A stretch of DNA of 64,000 nucleotides from an uncultured Actinomycetes bacterium. GTDB lineage: Bacteria > Actinomycetota > UBA4738 > HRBIN12. Shown piece by piece: positions 19,224-29,289 of this stretch (the first letter of the stretch is position 1; every line of letters begins with the position of its first letter). The DNA lies in assembly GCA_963736335.1 (NCBI GenBank), contig CAVTOC010000006.1:891946-955945 (forward strand), written 5' to 3'. The position numbers were made by a program, and so were the translations under genes. The notes beneath the pieces are model-generated. The model had not been told where the DNA came from. It ran no database searches and was given only the letters and a program-made list of their open reading frames with translations.

Positions 19224-20410
19224 GGCTCCTGTACTTCGATTGCATCGCCGGGATCTCCGGGGACATGGCCCTCGGTGCCCTGATCGACGCGGGCGCCGAC
19301 CTGGAGCCGATCCGCAAGGGTCTCGAGGGACTCCCGGTCGAGTCGTTCGAGCTCGACGTCGAGCAGGTGGAGAGCGGAGGGATCCGCGCGACCAAGGTCA
19401 ACGTGCGCACGTCGACCGACGGCCTGATACGAACCTACGCGAGCGTCCGATCGCTGCTCGACATGGCGGAGATGCCGCTCGACGCTAAGGCGATGGCGCA
19501 GCGGATCTTCCGGCGCCTCGCCGAGGCCGAGGCCATGGTGCATCGTCGCGACCTCGACCAGGTGACGTTCCACGAGGTGGGCGCCGTCGACTCCATCGTC
19601 GACATCGTGGGCACGTCACTCGCGCTCGCGTCGTTGAAGGTGGACCGCGTGTTCGCGTCGGCGGTGCCGACCGGGATGGGGATGGTCAAGACGGAGCACG
19701 GACTCCTGCCGATCCCCGCACCGGCGGTGGTGGAGCTCCTGCGCGGCGCGCCGATCTATTCGCGAAACGTCTCGGTCGAACTCGTCACGCCGACCGGCGC
19801 CGCGATCCTCGCAGCGCTCGTGGAAGGGTTCGGTGAGCTCCCGCTCATGCGGATCGAGCACGTGGGATACGGCGCCGGCAGCGCGCAGCTCGACTTCCCC
19901 AACGTGGTCCGCGTCGTGGTCGGCGAAGCGGACCCTTCGGCAACCGCCGCCGCCGAGACGGTGAAGGGGAGCGAGCTCGTCTTGGCGACCAACGTCGACG
20001 ACCTCAACCCCGAGCTCTATGCCTACGTACTCGAGCGCCTGTTCGCGGCCGGCGCCCAGGACGCGTGGCTCACCCCGATCGTGATGAAGAAGGGACGACC
20101 CGCCGTCACGATCAGCGTGCTGACCTCCCCGTCGCGAGAGGAGGCGATCCGTCAGGTGCTCTTCCGAGAGACCGGGACCCTCGGCATCCGCTCTTCCGTC
20201 GTGGACAAGCAGGCGCTCGAACGCGAATGGGTGGAGGTCGCCACGCGCAACGGGTTGGTCCGCGTGAAGATCGGTCGTCTCGAAGGCAACACGGTCACGG
20301 TCGCGCCCGAGTTCGAGGATTGCGTCAAGGTCGCTCGGGAGGCAGGCGTCCCCGCACGTGAGGTATACGAGGAAGCGACCCGGCTGGCTCGAGAGGCGAT
20401 CGGCGAGTGA
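19220..20410 (+). CDS. larC: LarC, nickel-insertion protein (DUF111)
   Basis: [25 protein letters not shown]... CTP-dependent nickel chelatase family. ATG overlaps the larB stop (ATGA). Confidence 0.85.
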   Translation: [396 protein letters not shown]

Positions 20411-20943
20411 CGCTGATCGTCATCACGATCGTCGGCGCGATGATCGTCGGCCTGCTCGCCGGCGGCAGATTGCGGTACTTCCCGTCGATACCGCTCGGGT
20501 GGTGGTCGCTCGCGATCGTGGGCGTCGTCCTGCAGTTCCTGCCGCTCACGGGCAGCGCTGGGTCCTGGTCATTGACGGCCTCGTTCGTGTTGCTGATCGC
20601 GTTCGCGCTGCTCAACTTCCGCGCGCCCGGCTTCATCCTGATCTTCACGGGCTTGATGCTGAACGCGATCGTCATCGTGGCGAATCACGGGATGCCCGTC
20701 GCCCGTGAGGCACTCCTTCGATCGGGTCAGGAGTCGACCCTCTCCGATCTTCAGCACCACGGCGGATCCAAGCACCACCTCGCCGATGACGACACGGTGC
20801 TGTTGGTGCTGGGCGACTCGATCGTCGTGCCCCAACCGGTCGGCGTCGCGGTCAGCGTGGGCGACCTGTGCGTCTACCTGGGCGTGGCATGGTGCTTCGC
20901 CGCATCCCTCCAGCCTCGCGAACGGAGCGTCGTCCTGAGCTGA
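20407..20943 (+). CDS. Hypothetical polytopic membrane protein (4-5 TM, His-rich loop HHGGSKHH)
   Basis: GTG start overlaps the larC stop (GTGA). Hydrophobic profile. Confidence 0.5.
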   Translation: MTLIVITIVGAMIVGLLAGGRLRYFPSIPLGWWSLAIVGVVLQFLPLTGSAGSWSLTASFVLLIAFALLNFRAPGFILIFTGLMLNAIVIVANHGMPVAREALLRSGQESTLSDLQHHGGSKHHLADDDTVLLVLGDSIVVPQPVGVAVSVGDLCVYLGVAWCFAASLQPRERSVVLS

Positions 20944-20999
20944 CGGGCGAACGACGCGCCCTCGCTCACGTTCTCCGCCGCCTCGCCGATATCTGAACC

Positions 21000-21638
21000 A
21001 TGGCGGAGTCCGTCCAGCTCCCCGACGACGTCCAACGCCGACTAGATGCCCTCAAGGCCGTCGGCGCCCTCGGCGTGTGCGCGATCTACGGCTGGTTCGC
21101 CATCGTGAAGAACGTCCAGGTTCCCGTGCTCGTCTTCCTGGACATCGCGGTCCACGAGGTCGGACACAAGATCTTCTCCCCGTTCGGGAACCTCATCATG
21201 CTGATCATGGGTACGGGCACGCAGATCCTGTTCCCCTTCATCGTCGGGATCGTGTTCGCCATCTGGAAGCGCGACCTGATCGCGTGGGGCATCTGCTGGG
21301 CGTGGGCCGCGAGCGCCATGTGCGACGGAGCGCGCTACATCTACGACGCGCCGCGCGGCGACCTGATGTTGCTGGGCGCCTCCGACGGCCTCGGAGACTG
21401 GTCCAAGATCCTGGGGCCCGAGCACTTCGACAAGCTCTACCTGGCCGACCGGCTCTCGGCGCAGGTCCGGACGGTCGGGGTCATCACGTGGTTCGCGGCG
21501 GTGAGCCTGATCGTGTTCGCGCTGGTGCGGAACGTCCTGGAGAGCCGCCGCGCCGCGGCCGCCGAACGGGTCCGCGCGACGGCCAAACCGGCCGCCACGC
21601 TGACGCCGGTGGGCGACGTGGACATGTGGCGTCGCTGA
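21000..21638 (+). CDS. Membrane protein with HExxH motif (M50B-like putative zinc metallopeptidase)
   Basis: DIAVHEVGHKIF inside a hydrophobic segment, downstream LGASDGLGDW. Small (212 aa). Confidence 0.5.
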   Translation: MAESVQLPDDVQRRLDALKAVGALGVCAIYGWFAIVKNVQVPVLVFLDIAVHEVGHKIFSPFGNLIMLIMGTGTQILFPFIVGIVFAIWKRDLIAWGICWAWAASAMCDGARYIYDAPRGDLMLLGASDGLGDWSKILGPEHFDKLYLADRLSAQVRTVGVITWFAAVSLIVFALVRNVLESRRAAAAERVRATAKPAATLTPVGDVDMWRR

Positions 21639-21693
21639 TCGAACCTTTCGCATCCTTGCCTTCCCGTTCCGGACGTCGGCGCCAACCGCTACC

Positions 21694-22167
21694 TTGAAGG
21701 CCATGGCGCGTCGACTTCGGCCGTTCGTCGAGCGAGAAGCGACCTGGGCGGTCGCGCTGGCCGCGCTGGGGTTCGTCTCCATGTGCGCCACGCTTCCCGC
21801 CGCCTCGCTGCTCGGGGTGCGAGCCATCCGACGCCGCAGCGGGGGCGACGGATCCGAGCCCGCGCTCGCCATCCTGGCGTTCGGCTTCGTGTGGCTCTCG
21901 TTCCTGTTGGCCTATCCGGCGATCCGCGTCATCGTGATCGCGGCGCGTCATCCCGGCGGATGGGCACCGCGAGCGTTCCTGGCAACGCTGATCATCCTGG
22001 CAGCGACGATCGTCGCGCTCTCGACCTTCGCGGTCCGCATCCATCCGGAGCGGTGGATGGTCCGCAAGTTCCTGTTCGCGGGGATCGGGCTGGCGATCGT
22101 CGTCGTCTTCACGCAGGCGATGATGCTCGTGTTCGGCGGCCTCCCTGCGTGGTCGTTCACCTCTTAG
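21694..22167 (+). CDS. Hypothetical membrane protein (4 TM)
   Basis: Hydrophobic ORF with convincing codon usage. Start at 21694 or 21703. Confidence 0.4.
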   Translation: MKAMARRLRPFVEREATWAVALAALGFVSMCATLPAASLLGVRAIRRRSGGDGSEPALAILAFGFVWLSFLLAYPAIRVIVIAARHPGGWAPRAFLATLIILAATIVALSTFAVRIHPERWMVRKFLFAGIGLAIVVVFTQAMMLVFGGLPAWSFTS

Positions 22168-22679
22168 ATCGCGCCAGTCGCTGCATCGCCGTCGAGCCGG
22201 AAGATGACCTCGTCGATCTGCTCGCCCGACTCCTCGATCGTCTGCTCGCGCACGATCCGGAACCCGCACTTCTCCAACACCCGTCTCGAGCCCGCGTTGT
22301 GCGCCGCGACGTACGCGTGGAGCGGACGCTCGTCCACCTCCACCAGGAAGAGCGCGAGCGCGCGGCTCGCGACGCCCCTCCCCCAGTACTCACGCCCGAT
22401 CCAGTAACCGACGAGCGTGTCTCCGGACTGCTCCCAGCTCAACATGTTCCCCACGACCTCGCCGTCCAGCAGGACCGTCCGTTTCCGCCCGGTGTCGTTG
22501 CCCAAGATGTTCGCCGTCCAGTGCTCCATGAACGCTTCTCGGTCCCGCGCCGGGAATGCCGCCATCTCGTTCGCGACCGGGTCGCGCTCATACTCGAAGA
22601 AGATGGGCAGGTCGTCCTCTTGCACGTCGCGGAGCCGGATGGACGGGGGCGGCGATCCATGATCCGCTCGCTCGCCCAT
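22164..22679 (-). CDS. GNAT-family N-acetyltransferase
   Basis: YWIGREYWGRGVASRALALFL...HAYVAAHNAGSRRVLEKCGF. Confidence 0.8.
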   Translation of the reverse strand: MGERADHGSPPPSIRLRDVQEDDLPIFFEYERDPVANEMAAFPARDREAFMEHWTANILGNDTGRKRTVLLDGEVVGNMLSWEQSGDTLVGYWIGREYWGRGVASRALALFLVEVDERPLHAYVAAHNAGSRRVLEKCGFRIVREQTIEESGEQIDEVIFRLDGDAATGAI

Positions 22680-22752
22680 CGACCCACGTTACGGTGACAC
22701 TCAGGGTCACGCAATGCACAACGCTCCGACGCCGGGCGCTCCGGGGCGTCGG

Positions 22753-24027
22753 TCAGCTCGAGCTGACCGCCTCGACCCAACCGGCGTTGGCGAGCGGAAC
22801 CGGTCGCGCGGGCTCGAGCGTCGTGGCGTCCAGGCGCTGGAGCAGATCGCCGTACGACAGGTAGAGCCGGGCACCGTCGCTCGACACGGCCAGCCCGGTC
22901 ACGGGCGCCGGCGTGGCCACCAACCCACCGCGCACGGCGAGCGTGGCCGTGTCGAACGGGAGCAGACCCTCGTCACCGGCCACGTACAGGGTCGTACCGT
23001 CCGATGCGACCTGCGCGTGGATCTGCCCGCCACCCAACTCCGACAGATCCACGTCCGTCACCTTCGCGACCTGAAAGCGGCGCACGTTCACCACGGCGAT
23101 CGTGCCGTGCCGCGCATCGACCGCGTAGACCCGGTGTCCATCCGGTGAGATCGCGAGGGCGGAATCTTCCTGCGGAACGCTGCCGAACCGATCGGGTAGT
23201 TCGATGCAGACCGCGAACCCGTTCCGAAGGTCGACGGTATGGACGAATGCGCGCTCGTCCTGTTCGGAGGGGCCGACGGGGGTCGTCGGCTCATCGAGGT
23301 ACGAGGGCCGTTGGTTCGTGTACAGCGTGTAGAGGTACGCCCCGTCGGGCGACTCGACCTGCACCAGCCGCGTGGCCGTCATGTTCTCGACCGGCTGCTT
23401 GTCCGGGCCGATCAACGCCCAGTGCCGGCCCGACTCCAGATACAAGCCGGTCACCCGGTACGACGTGGGAGCCAGGGCGGGTCGGTACTGGAGCATGAAC
23501 AGCGTCTCCCCGTCCGGCGAGAACGCCTCCGGCTCGAAGTTGCCCTTGAGCGAGAACCGTTGCGGCCCTCCCGAGCCGTCGGGATGCGCGACGACGATCC
23601 GGGTGCGAGCGCGAGGTTGCGGCGCCCAGGAGTCGGTCGACGGCTCCGTTGCCGGCATCAGGGCGACCGCGCTGCCGAACGGGGCGACGGCTCGGATCTG
23701 CAGATCGCCGGACACGGATGCGGACGACTCGGTGACGCCGGTCGTGGTCGCGATGCGGTCGATCCGGGTGAGCCCGCTGCTCTCGGTCGCGGCGTCCACA
23801 TGCGATCGATCGGGCTCGGCTACCCCACCGGGAACCAACGACAGCACGGCGCCGTTCGCAGCGTCGATCGCACCGATCCCACCGGGCACACCGAGCACCA
23901 CGACATCCGGGGACGACGCACCGGGCGCCACGTGTTGCGTGCTGGGACCACCTTCCGCTGAACTGGTGCACGCGGACAGGATCGTCAAAAGGACCGCTGG
24001 CAGCGTGAGCGCGCGTGACCGGCGCAT
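22753..24027 (-). CDS. Lipoprotein with beta-propeller-like repeats
   Basis: Signal plus lipobox LSAC. Repeated ~45-aa units with Asp/Gly turns (SPDGHRVYAVD, VASDGTTLYVAGD). Confidence 0.65.
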   Translation of the reverse strand: MRRSRALTLPAVLLTILSACTSSAEGGPSTQHVAPGASSPDVVVLGVPGGIGAIDAANGAVLSLVPGGVAEPDRSHVDAATESSGLTRIDRIATTTGVTESSASVSGDLQIRAVAPFGSAVALMPATEPSTDSWAPQPRARTRIVVAHPDGSGGPQRFSLKGNFEPEAFSPDGETLFMLQYRPALAPTSYRVTGLYLESGRHWALIGPDKQPVENMTATRLVQVESPDGAYLYTLYTNQRPSYLDEPTTPVGPSEQDERAFVHTVDLRNGFAVCIELPDRFGSVPQEDSALAISPDGHRVYAVDARHGTIAVVNVRRFQVAKVTDVDLSELGGGQIHAQVASDGTTLYVAGDEGLLPFDTATLAVRGGLVATPAPVTGLAVSSDGARLYLSYGDLLQRLDATTLEPARPVPLANAGWVEAVSSS

Positions 24028-24162
24028 GCGAACCCCCTTCTCGCGTGCGGCTGGCTCGGCCCCGGTGGCAGAACGTGCCGCTCACCCGCACATACCGTCC
24101 TCGAGGCCGGAAGGTTCCACCTCGCGGGGACGATCCGTCGCGAGCCGCGGACCAGAGCCGCG

Positions 24163-24795
24163 CTACCGCGTTCGCACGCGCGGCTGAGGGCCGGCGCCCT
24201 CGAGCACGGTCGTCACGATCTGCCGAACGAACCGCGCGTTCACCGGACGGCCCGTGATCATCCGACGCATCACTATCGGGCCGCTGAGGAGATCAGCGAT
24301 GACCTCCACGTCCGCGTCCGGTCGAACCTCGCCTCGCGCTTTTCCACGCTCGATCAGCGCGAACACGTTGTCGCGACGCTTCGACAACAGACCCGATCGG
24401 ACCGCATCGGCGAGTTCGGGATCCTGGGACATCGCGCCGATGATGCCGGCCAGGATCCGATCGGTCGGCACGGTCGGATGAGCTCGGACGCTCTCCGAAA
24501 GCGCACGCACGAGCGCGTCGCGGGTCGATACGTCGTCGGCGATGGCGACGGACGCCGGCATCTTCAGGTGCGTGAGCGCATCGACCACGAGAGGGATCTT
24601 CGACGGCCAACGGCGATAGACGGTGGTCTTGCCCACGCCCGCGCGCGCCGCGACGGCCTCGATCGACAGACCGCCGAACCCCTCTTCGGCCAGGAGCTCG
24701 ATCGTCGCCTCGAGGATCGCGCGGTCGGCCTCCGGGTCGCGAGGCCGGCCGACGGTGCGAGCCACGACCGGAGCGGCAGGCGTCGAACCGGTCAC
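24163..24795 (-). CDS. TetR-family transcriptional regulator
   Basis: HTH LSIEAVAARAGVGKTTVYRRWPSK. Confidence 0.85.
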   Translation of the reverse strand: MTGSTPAAPVVARTVGRPRDPEADRAILEATIELLAEEGFGGLSIEAVAARAGVGKTTVYRRWPSKIPLVVDALTHLKMPASVAIADDVSTRDALVRALSESVRAHPTVPTDRILAGIIGAMSQDPELADAVRSGLLSKRRDNVFALIERGKARGEVRPDADVEVIADLLSGPIVMRRMITGRPVNARFVRQIVTTVLEGAGPQPRVRTR

Positions 24796-26366
24796 TCGGC
24801 GCGCTCCGCGGCGGCGGCGAGCTCGCCTTCACGGCGGTCGACGTGCAGCTCGATCGCGTCGACGCCGGCAGCGCGGTTCGGCAGCCAGATCAACGCGACG
24901 ACCGCGCCGAGCAGCGCGATGGTCGCGCCGACCACCAGTCCACGATCCATCGCGTCGATGAACGACGTCTTCGCAGCCAGGGTGATCGCCGCTCCATGCA
25001 CGCCCCCGATCTTCGCTCCGATCGCGAGCGCGGCACCGACCGAACTGGTCGCTGCGGCGATGGAGGAGTCGGGCAGGCCGGCGAGCGACGACGCGATGTG
25101 CGTGGCGTACGAGGAGGCGAAGATGCTGCCCAGGATCGCGACGCCGAGCGCACCTCCGATCTGCCGCGTCGTGTCGTTCATGGCCGAACCGACGCCGGCC
25201 TTGGCGAGCGGCAGGGAGCCCATGATCGACTCCGTCGCCGGGACCATCGCCGTCCCCATGCCCAGACCCAGGATCAAGAGCGCGATCACGACGTGCCCGT
25301 AGCCCGACGTCACGCTCAGCGTCCCCATGTACCAGAGCCCGACCGCGACGGTCCCCATCCCCGTCGCCACCAGCACCTTGTTCCCGAACCGAGCGGTCAG
25401 CCGGCCGGCGATCGGCGCACCGATCATCAGCACCAGGGCGAGCGGTGCCACGCGGACCCCCGCTTGCAGCGCGCTGTATCCGAGCACGAACTGCAGGTAC
25501 TGGGTCAGGAAGAACAACGACCCGAAGAGCGCGAAGAACACGAGGACGATCGAGATGTTGGCGGCCGTGAAGCGCCGGTTCTCGAAGAACGTGACGTCCA
25601 ACATGGGGTGGTCGCTCCGCAGTTCCCACACCACGAACGAGACCAGGACGACGACCGCCGCTCCGAACGTCCAGAGCGTCTGTGGAGAGGTCCACCCGTG
25701 CGACGGCGCCTCGATGATCCCGTACACCAGACTCACCAGTCCGACGATCGACAGGACGGCGCCCACGGGGTCGAGGGCGTTCGGCGACGGGTCCTTCGAG
25801 TTCGGCACGATCAGCCGGCCCGCGATGAGCGCGAAGATCACGACGGGGACGTTCACCAGGAACACGGAGCCCCACCAGAAGTGACTGAGCAACCACCCGC
25901 CGACGATCGGCCCGATCGCGATGCCCAGGCCGGAGACGCCCGCCCAGATCCCGATCGCGCGACCCCGCTCTTCGGCAGGGAAGACGTTCGTGAGGATCGA
26001 CAACGTCGAGGGCATGATCAGCGCGCCGCCGATCCCCATGAGCGCCCGCGTGGCGATCAACGTGTTCGCCGATCCCGCGAACGCAGACAGCACGGAACCG
26101 ATGCCGAAGACGACGAGCCCGGCCGCGAGCGCGTACCGGCGCCCATAGCGGTCGGACAGGCTCCCGGTCGTCAGGAGCAACCCCGCGAAGACCAGGACGT
26201 AGGCATCGACCAGCCACTGCAATTGACTCGTGGAGGCATGGAGGTCACGGACGAGCGTGGGCAACGCGACGTTCAAGATGGTGTTGTCGAGTCCGATCAC
26301 CAGCAAGCTGGTGCAGAGGACCCCGAGGATCCACCATCTCCGCTCGTACCCTTCGGCATGTTCCAT
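24792..26366 (-). CDS. MFS transporter, DHA2 (14-TM EmrB/QacA) family
   Basis: 524 aa. SLSDRYGRRYALAAGLVVFGIGS motif. 4-nt overlap with the TetR gene. Confidence 0.9.
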   Translation of the reverse strand: MEHAEGYERRWWILGVLCTSLLVIGLDNTILNVALPTLVRDLHASTSQLQWLVDAYVLVFAGLLLTTGSLSDRYGRRYALAAGLVVFGIGSVLSAFAGSANTLIATRALMGIGGALIMPSTLSILTNVFPAEERGRAIGIWAGVSGLGIAIGPIVGGWLLSHFWWGSVFLVNVPVVIFALIAGRLIVPNSKDPSPNALDPVGAVLSIVGLVSLVYGIIEAPSHGWTSPQTLWTFGAAVVVLVSFVVWELRSDHPMLDVTFFENRRFTAANISIVLVFFALFGSLFFLTQYLQFVLGYSALQAGVRVAPLALVLMIGAPIAGRLTARFGNKVLVATGMGTVAVGLWYMGTLSVTSGYGHVVIALLILGLGMGTAMVPATESIMGSLPLAKAGVGSAMNDTTRQIGGALGVAILGSIFASSYATHIASSLAGLPDSSIAAATSSVGAALAIGAKIGGVHGAAITLAAKTSFIDAMDRGLVVGATIALLGAVVALIWLPNRAAGVDAIELHVDRREGELAAAAERAE

Positions 26367-26376
26367 CGGGGGAAGT

Positions 26377-26406
26377 CCTTTCCGCTACGGTGACGTTTCG
26401 GAAAGG
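26377..26406. promoter_or_regulatory. Inverted repeat CCTTTCCG-N14-CGGAAAGG, candidate TetR operator
   Basis: Palindrome 10-40 nt upstream of the MFS start codon. Confidence 0.35.
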
Positions 26407-26483
26407 ATAGCGGCTCGCAGCGGATTCCGCAACTCGTGCGTATCGGAATGGCTGGACGGCGTGGGGCGCGTCTCGGGTCGGGA

Positions 26484-28178
26484 TCAGGTCTGGCGGTAAC
26501 CGCCGGCCAGGACCAGCTCGTCCACGGCATCGGGGGCGCCGGGTCTGGCCAGGAGGAAGCCCTGGGCCTGATCGCAGCCGAGCTCGGTCAGGAACTCGAG
26601 CTGTGCGGGGGCTTCGACGCCCTCTGCGACGACCTCCAGCCCGAACGCGTGGGCGAGGCCGATGATGGCGTTGACGATCGCGTCCTCGCCCGACCCGCGA
26701 TCGAGCCCGTGGATGAAGGACCGGTCGATCTTGACGAAGTCGAGCGGGAACTGTCGCAGGTAGGCGAGTGACGAGAACCCCGTGCCGAAGTCGTCAAGGC
26801 CCACCCTGATCCCTCCGTCGCGCAGCGCCCGCAATCCCGCCAACGCCGAATTAGAGGCCTCCATGAGCACGCGCTCGGTGACCTCCACCTGCATCGTGCT
26901 GCGCGACAGACCCCTGGAGTCGAGCGCGTCCGTGACGGCCTCGTAGAAGGACGCGTCGGCCACACGACGCGAGGTGACGTTGAGGTTCAATCCCGGCGAG
27001 TCGGTCACCCCCAAGCGGTCGGTCCATCCGGTCGCCGCCTCGAGCGCCCGGCCGAAGACCCATTCGTCCATGGTGGCCAGGAGCCCGGTTTCCTCTGCCA
27101 CGGTCAAGAACGAGTCGGGCTCGAGGACGCCGAGTTCCGGATCGAGGACCCGAACGAGCGCCTCGACGCTCACGACGCGGCCGGTGCTCAGGTCGATGAT
27201 CGGCTGGTAGCGAACACCCAGGCGCTCCTCGTCGATCGCGCGTCGCAGCATCCGCTCCGTGCCGAGCCGCCCGACCGCCGTCGTCCGAAGGTCCTCATCG
27301 AAGACCTCGGCCCGGTCCCGCCCCCGATCCTTCGCCCGGTACAGCGCGAGGTCGGCCTCTTGCAGGAGGCTGTCGGGTACGTGGTGGGTGTCGGAGGTGG
27401 TCGCGATCCCGACGCTCACGGTGCAGACGAATTCCTCCGTGCCGATCCGGAACGGCTGCCGGCCGGCCTCGGCGATGCGCTCGCCCAACGTGACGGCCTC
27501 ACGCTCGTCTGTCAGGTCCTCCGCGACGATCACGAACTCGTCCCCCCCGAGGCGAGCGAGGGTGTCCGATGGACGGATGAATTGCAGGAGGCGCTCCGCC
27601 ATCGCCATGAGGACCCCGTCGCCCACCAGATGACCCAAGGAATCGTTGATGACCTTGAACCGGTCGAGGTCCAGGAACAGCACCGCCAGGATGCCGGGAG
27701 CGCGATCGAGCCGGTAGAGCGCGTGCTGCAACCGGTCCATCAGAACGTTGCGATTGGCGACCCCGGTGAGCGGGTCGGTCGACGCCCGGTGCTGCAGAAG
27801 GACGTCCGCCTCCTTGCGCTCCGCGATGTCGCGCACGGATCCGACGACGAAGGACTCTCCGGCGGATTCGACCCGGTGGTACGTCGCCTCGATCCACCGG
27901 TACCCGCCGTCGCCGCATCGGAACCGGTACGTCATGGTGTAGAAGCCGTCGCTGATGAGGCTCAGGTCCCCGGCAGCCCGTATCGCCTGGACGTCGTCGG
28001 GATGCGCGAACTGCTCTTGGTGGCAACCCCTGAGCTCGTCCGGATCCCAACGGAACAGCCGCCGTGCTGCGGGAGAGACGTAGCGATAGACGCCCTCGGC
28101 CGTGGCGACGGTGATCATGTCGGCGGAGGCAGCCGCCAGCGCCTCGACGTCGTCGAACTTGTCCTCGTGAGCTTGCAC
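26484..28178 (-). CDS. PAS-GGDEF-EAL signalling protein (diguanylate cyclase/phosphodiesterase)
   Basis: GGDEF (RLGGDEFVIV) and EAL (QVEVTERVLM, DDFGTGFSSL). Confidence 0.9.
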   Translation of the reverse strand: MQAHEDKFDDVEALAAASADMITVATAEGVYRYVSPAARRLFRWDPDELRGCHQEQFAHPDDVQAIRAAGDLSLISDGFYTMTYRFRCGDGGYRWIEATYHRVESAGESFVVGSVRDIAERKEADVLLQHRASTDPLTGVANRNVLMDRLQHALYRLDRAPGILAVLFLDLDRFKVINDSLGHLVGDGVLMAMAERLLQFIRPSDTLARLGGDEFVIVAEDLTDEREAVTLGERIAEAGRQPFRIGTEEFVCTVSVGIATTSDTHHVPDSLLQEADLALYRAKDRGRDRAEVFDEDLRTTAVGRLGTERMLRRAIDEERLGVRYQPIIDLSTGRVVSVEALVRVLDPELGVLEPDSFLTVAEETGLLATMDEWVFGRALEAATGWTDRLGVTDSPGLNLNVTSRRVADASFYEAVTDALDSRGLSRSTMQVEVTERVLMEASNSALAGLRALRDGGIRVGLDDFGTGFSSLAYLRQFPLDFVKIDRSFIHGLDRGSGEDAIVNAIIGLAHAFGLEVVAEGVEAPAQLEFLTELGCDQAQGFLLARPGAPDAVDELVLAGGYRQT

Positions 28179-28202
28179 GAGATCCCCGGCTTCGCGCCAC
28201 CG

Positions 28203-28256
28203 GCCAAGTGCTAGGGCCGCTCACGTCGCGGCCAGGTGCTGGGGCCGCACGTCGTT
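28203..28256. repeat. Tandem ~27-nt direct repeat (GCCAAGTGCTAGGGCCGCTCACGTCGCG / GCCAGGTGCTGGGGCCGCACGTCGTT)
   Basis: Read directly, ~80% identity, 25-80 nt upstream of the GGDEF-EAL start. Confidence 0.45.
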
Positions 28257-28395
28257 CAGCGAGCTGTTGCTCTGAGGATACACGAGCATGACCGGCGATA
28301 CGACCTTTTCCCTGGCAGAAGCCGCACCAAGTCCGGGGCCCAAGGAATACGTTGCTCAATCGAACATCAACGCCTGATGACGGATGCTGTCGTGG

Positions 28396-28893
28396 TCAGC
28401 ACGTGGCCGGGGTCGGAGCTCCTTGGTAGAGGACGGTCAGGTCTCCGGCATCCATCGTGCTGCTCCCCGCCGAGGACAAGCGCCACTGCAGCCGGAACGT
28501 GTGCTGATGTTCGGCCGGGCTCGTCCCGACCCAGGTGAACGAGAAGGCGGAAGCGGACGAGCCGATACCGACGGTCGTGTGACCGGGGTCGAGCGTGCTC
28601 GTGCCTCCGATCGACGCGTCGACGACGCGAACCTGCGGTTGACTCCCTTCGAACGTCCCGCTCACCTGAACGGCGAAGTTCTGCGCCAGCGTGTCCTTCA
28701 CGACCATGCCCGGCACGTTCGTCCACGTCGTGGAGCTGGTGGTCGCGGGCGTCGTGACGCTCGCCCAATCGAGACACGAGGCTCGGGTTCCCGGAACGGA
28801 CGACGAGCGCGTGATCCCGTACGCGATGCCCATCGGAAGGATCACGACGACCGCGAGGACGATCCCGACCCATGTGCGACCGTGCTTCAACAT
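28396..28893 (-). CDS. Hypothetical membrane-anchored or secreted Ser/Thr-rich protein
   Basis: Internal start MLKHGRTWVGIVLAVVVILPMGIAYG, then a beta-rich domain. Upstream part of the track ORF is junk. Confidence 0.5.
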   Translation of the reverse strand: MLKHGRTWVGIVLAVVVILPMGIAYGITRSSSVPGTRASCLDWASVTTPATTSSTTWTNVPGMVVKDTLAQNFAVQVSGTFEGSQPQVRVVDASIGGTSTLDPGHTTVGIGSSASAFSFTWVGTSPAEHQHTFRLQWRLSSAGSSTMDAGDLTVLYQGAPTPATC

Positions 28894-29009
28894 CTCGACC
28901 TCCTTGCTCGAGCGACGCGAGACCCCACCAACCCTAGCGGGACCGAGGCGATAGGGCGACGAGGCCGGAACTGAAGAGCGAACCACAGACGTGCGGATAC
29001 CATCAGGTC

Positions 29010-29264
29010 GTGCCCCGTCCTCAGAGCCAGCTGTCCGCGAACGAGGAGCGAGCCCTCGCTCGGTGGGTCGCGGAGCTCGCCGAGGCCGATCGGCGCCGCA
29101 AGGACCTCCGAGCGGACTTCGCGGCGTGGGTTCGAAAGGTCGGTCCGGCGGCTGTTGCCCACGGGCTGGGGATCTCGCGCAACGCCATGAACGAACGGCT
29201 GAAGTCCTACGAGGGGACGTACCAGCGGCGAGGCACCAAGGGCACGAGCAGAACGACCACCTGA
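29010..29264 (+). CDS. Small HTH-like protein
   Basis: 84 aa. Putative HTH VGPAAVAHGLGISRNAMNERLKS. Non-GC-biased composition. Confidence 0.35.
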   Translation: MPRPQSQLSANEERALARWVAELAEADRRRKDLRADFAAWVRKVGPAAVAHGLGISRNAMNERLKSYEGTYQRRGTKGTSRTTT

Positions 29265-29289
29265 GCGATGGGGCAGGTCGCGTTGCCGG

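Noticed and set aside
24829-26393. Paired ~460-520-aa ORFs on both strands (24829..26217 minus, 24843..26393 plus)
   Set aside because: Alternative frames or antisense of the MFS transporter gene. Arg-rich and without domains.
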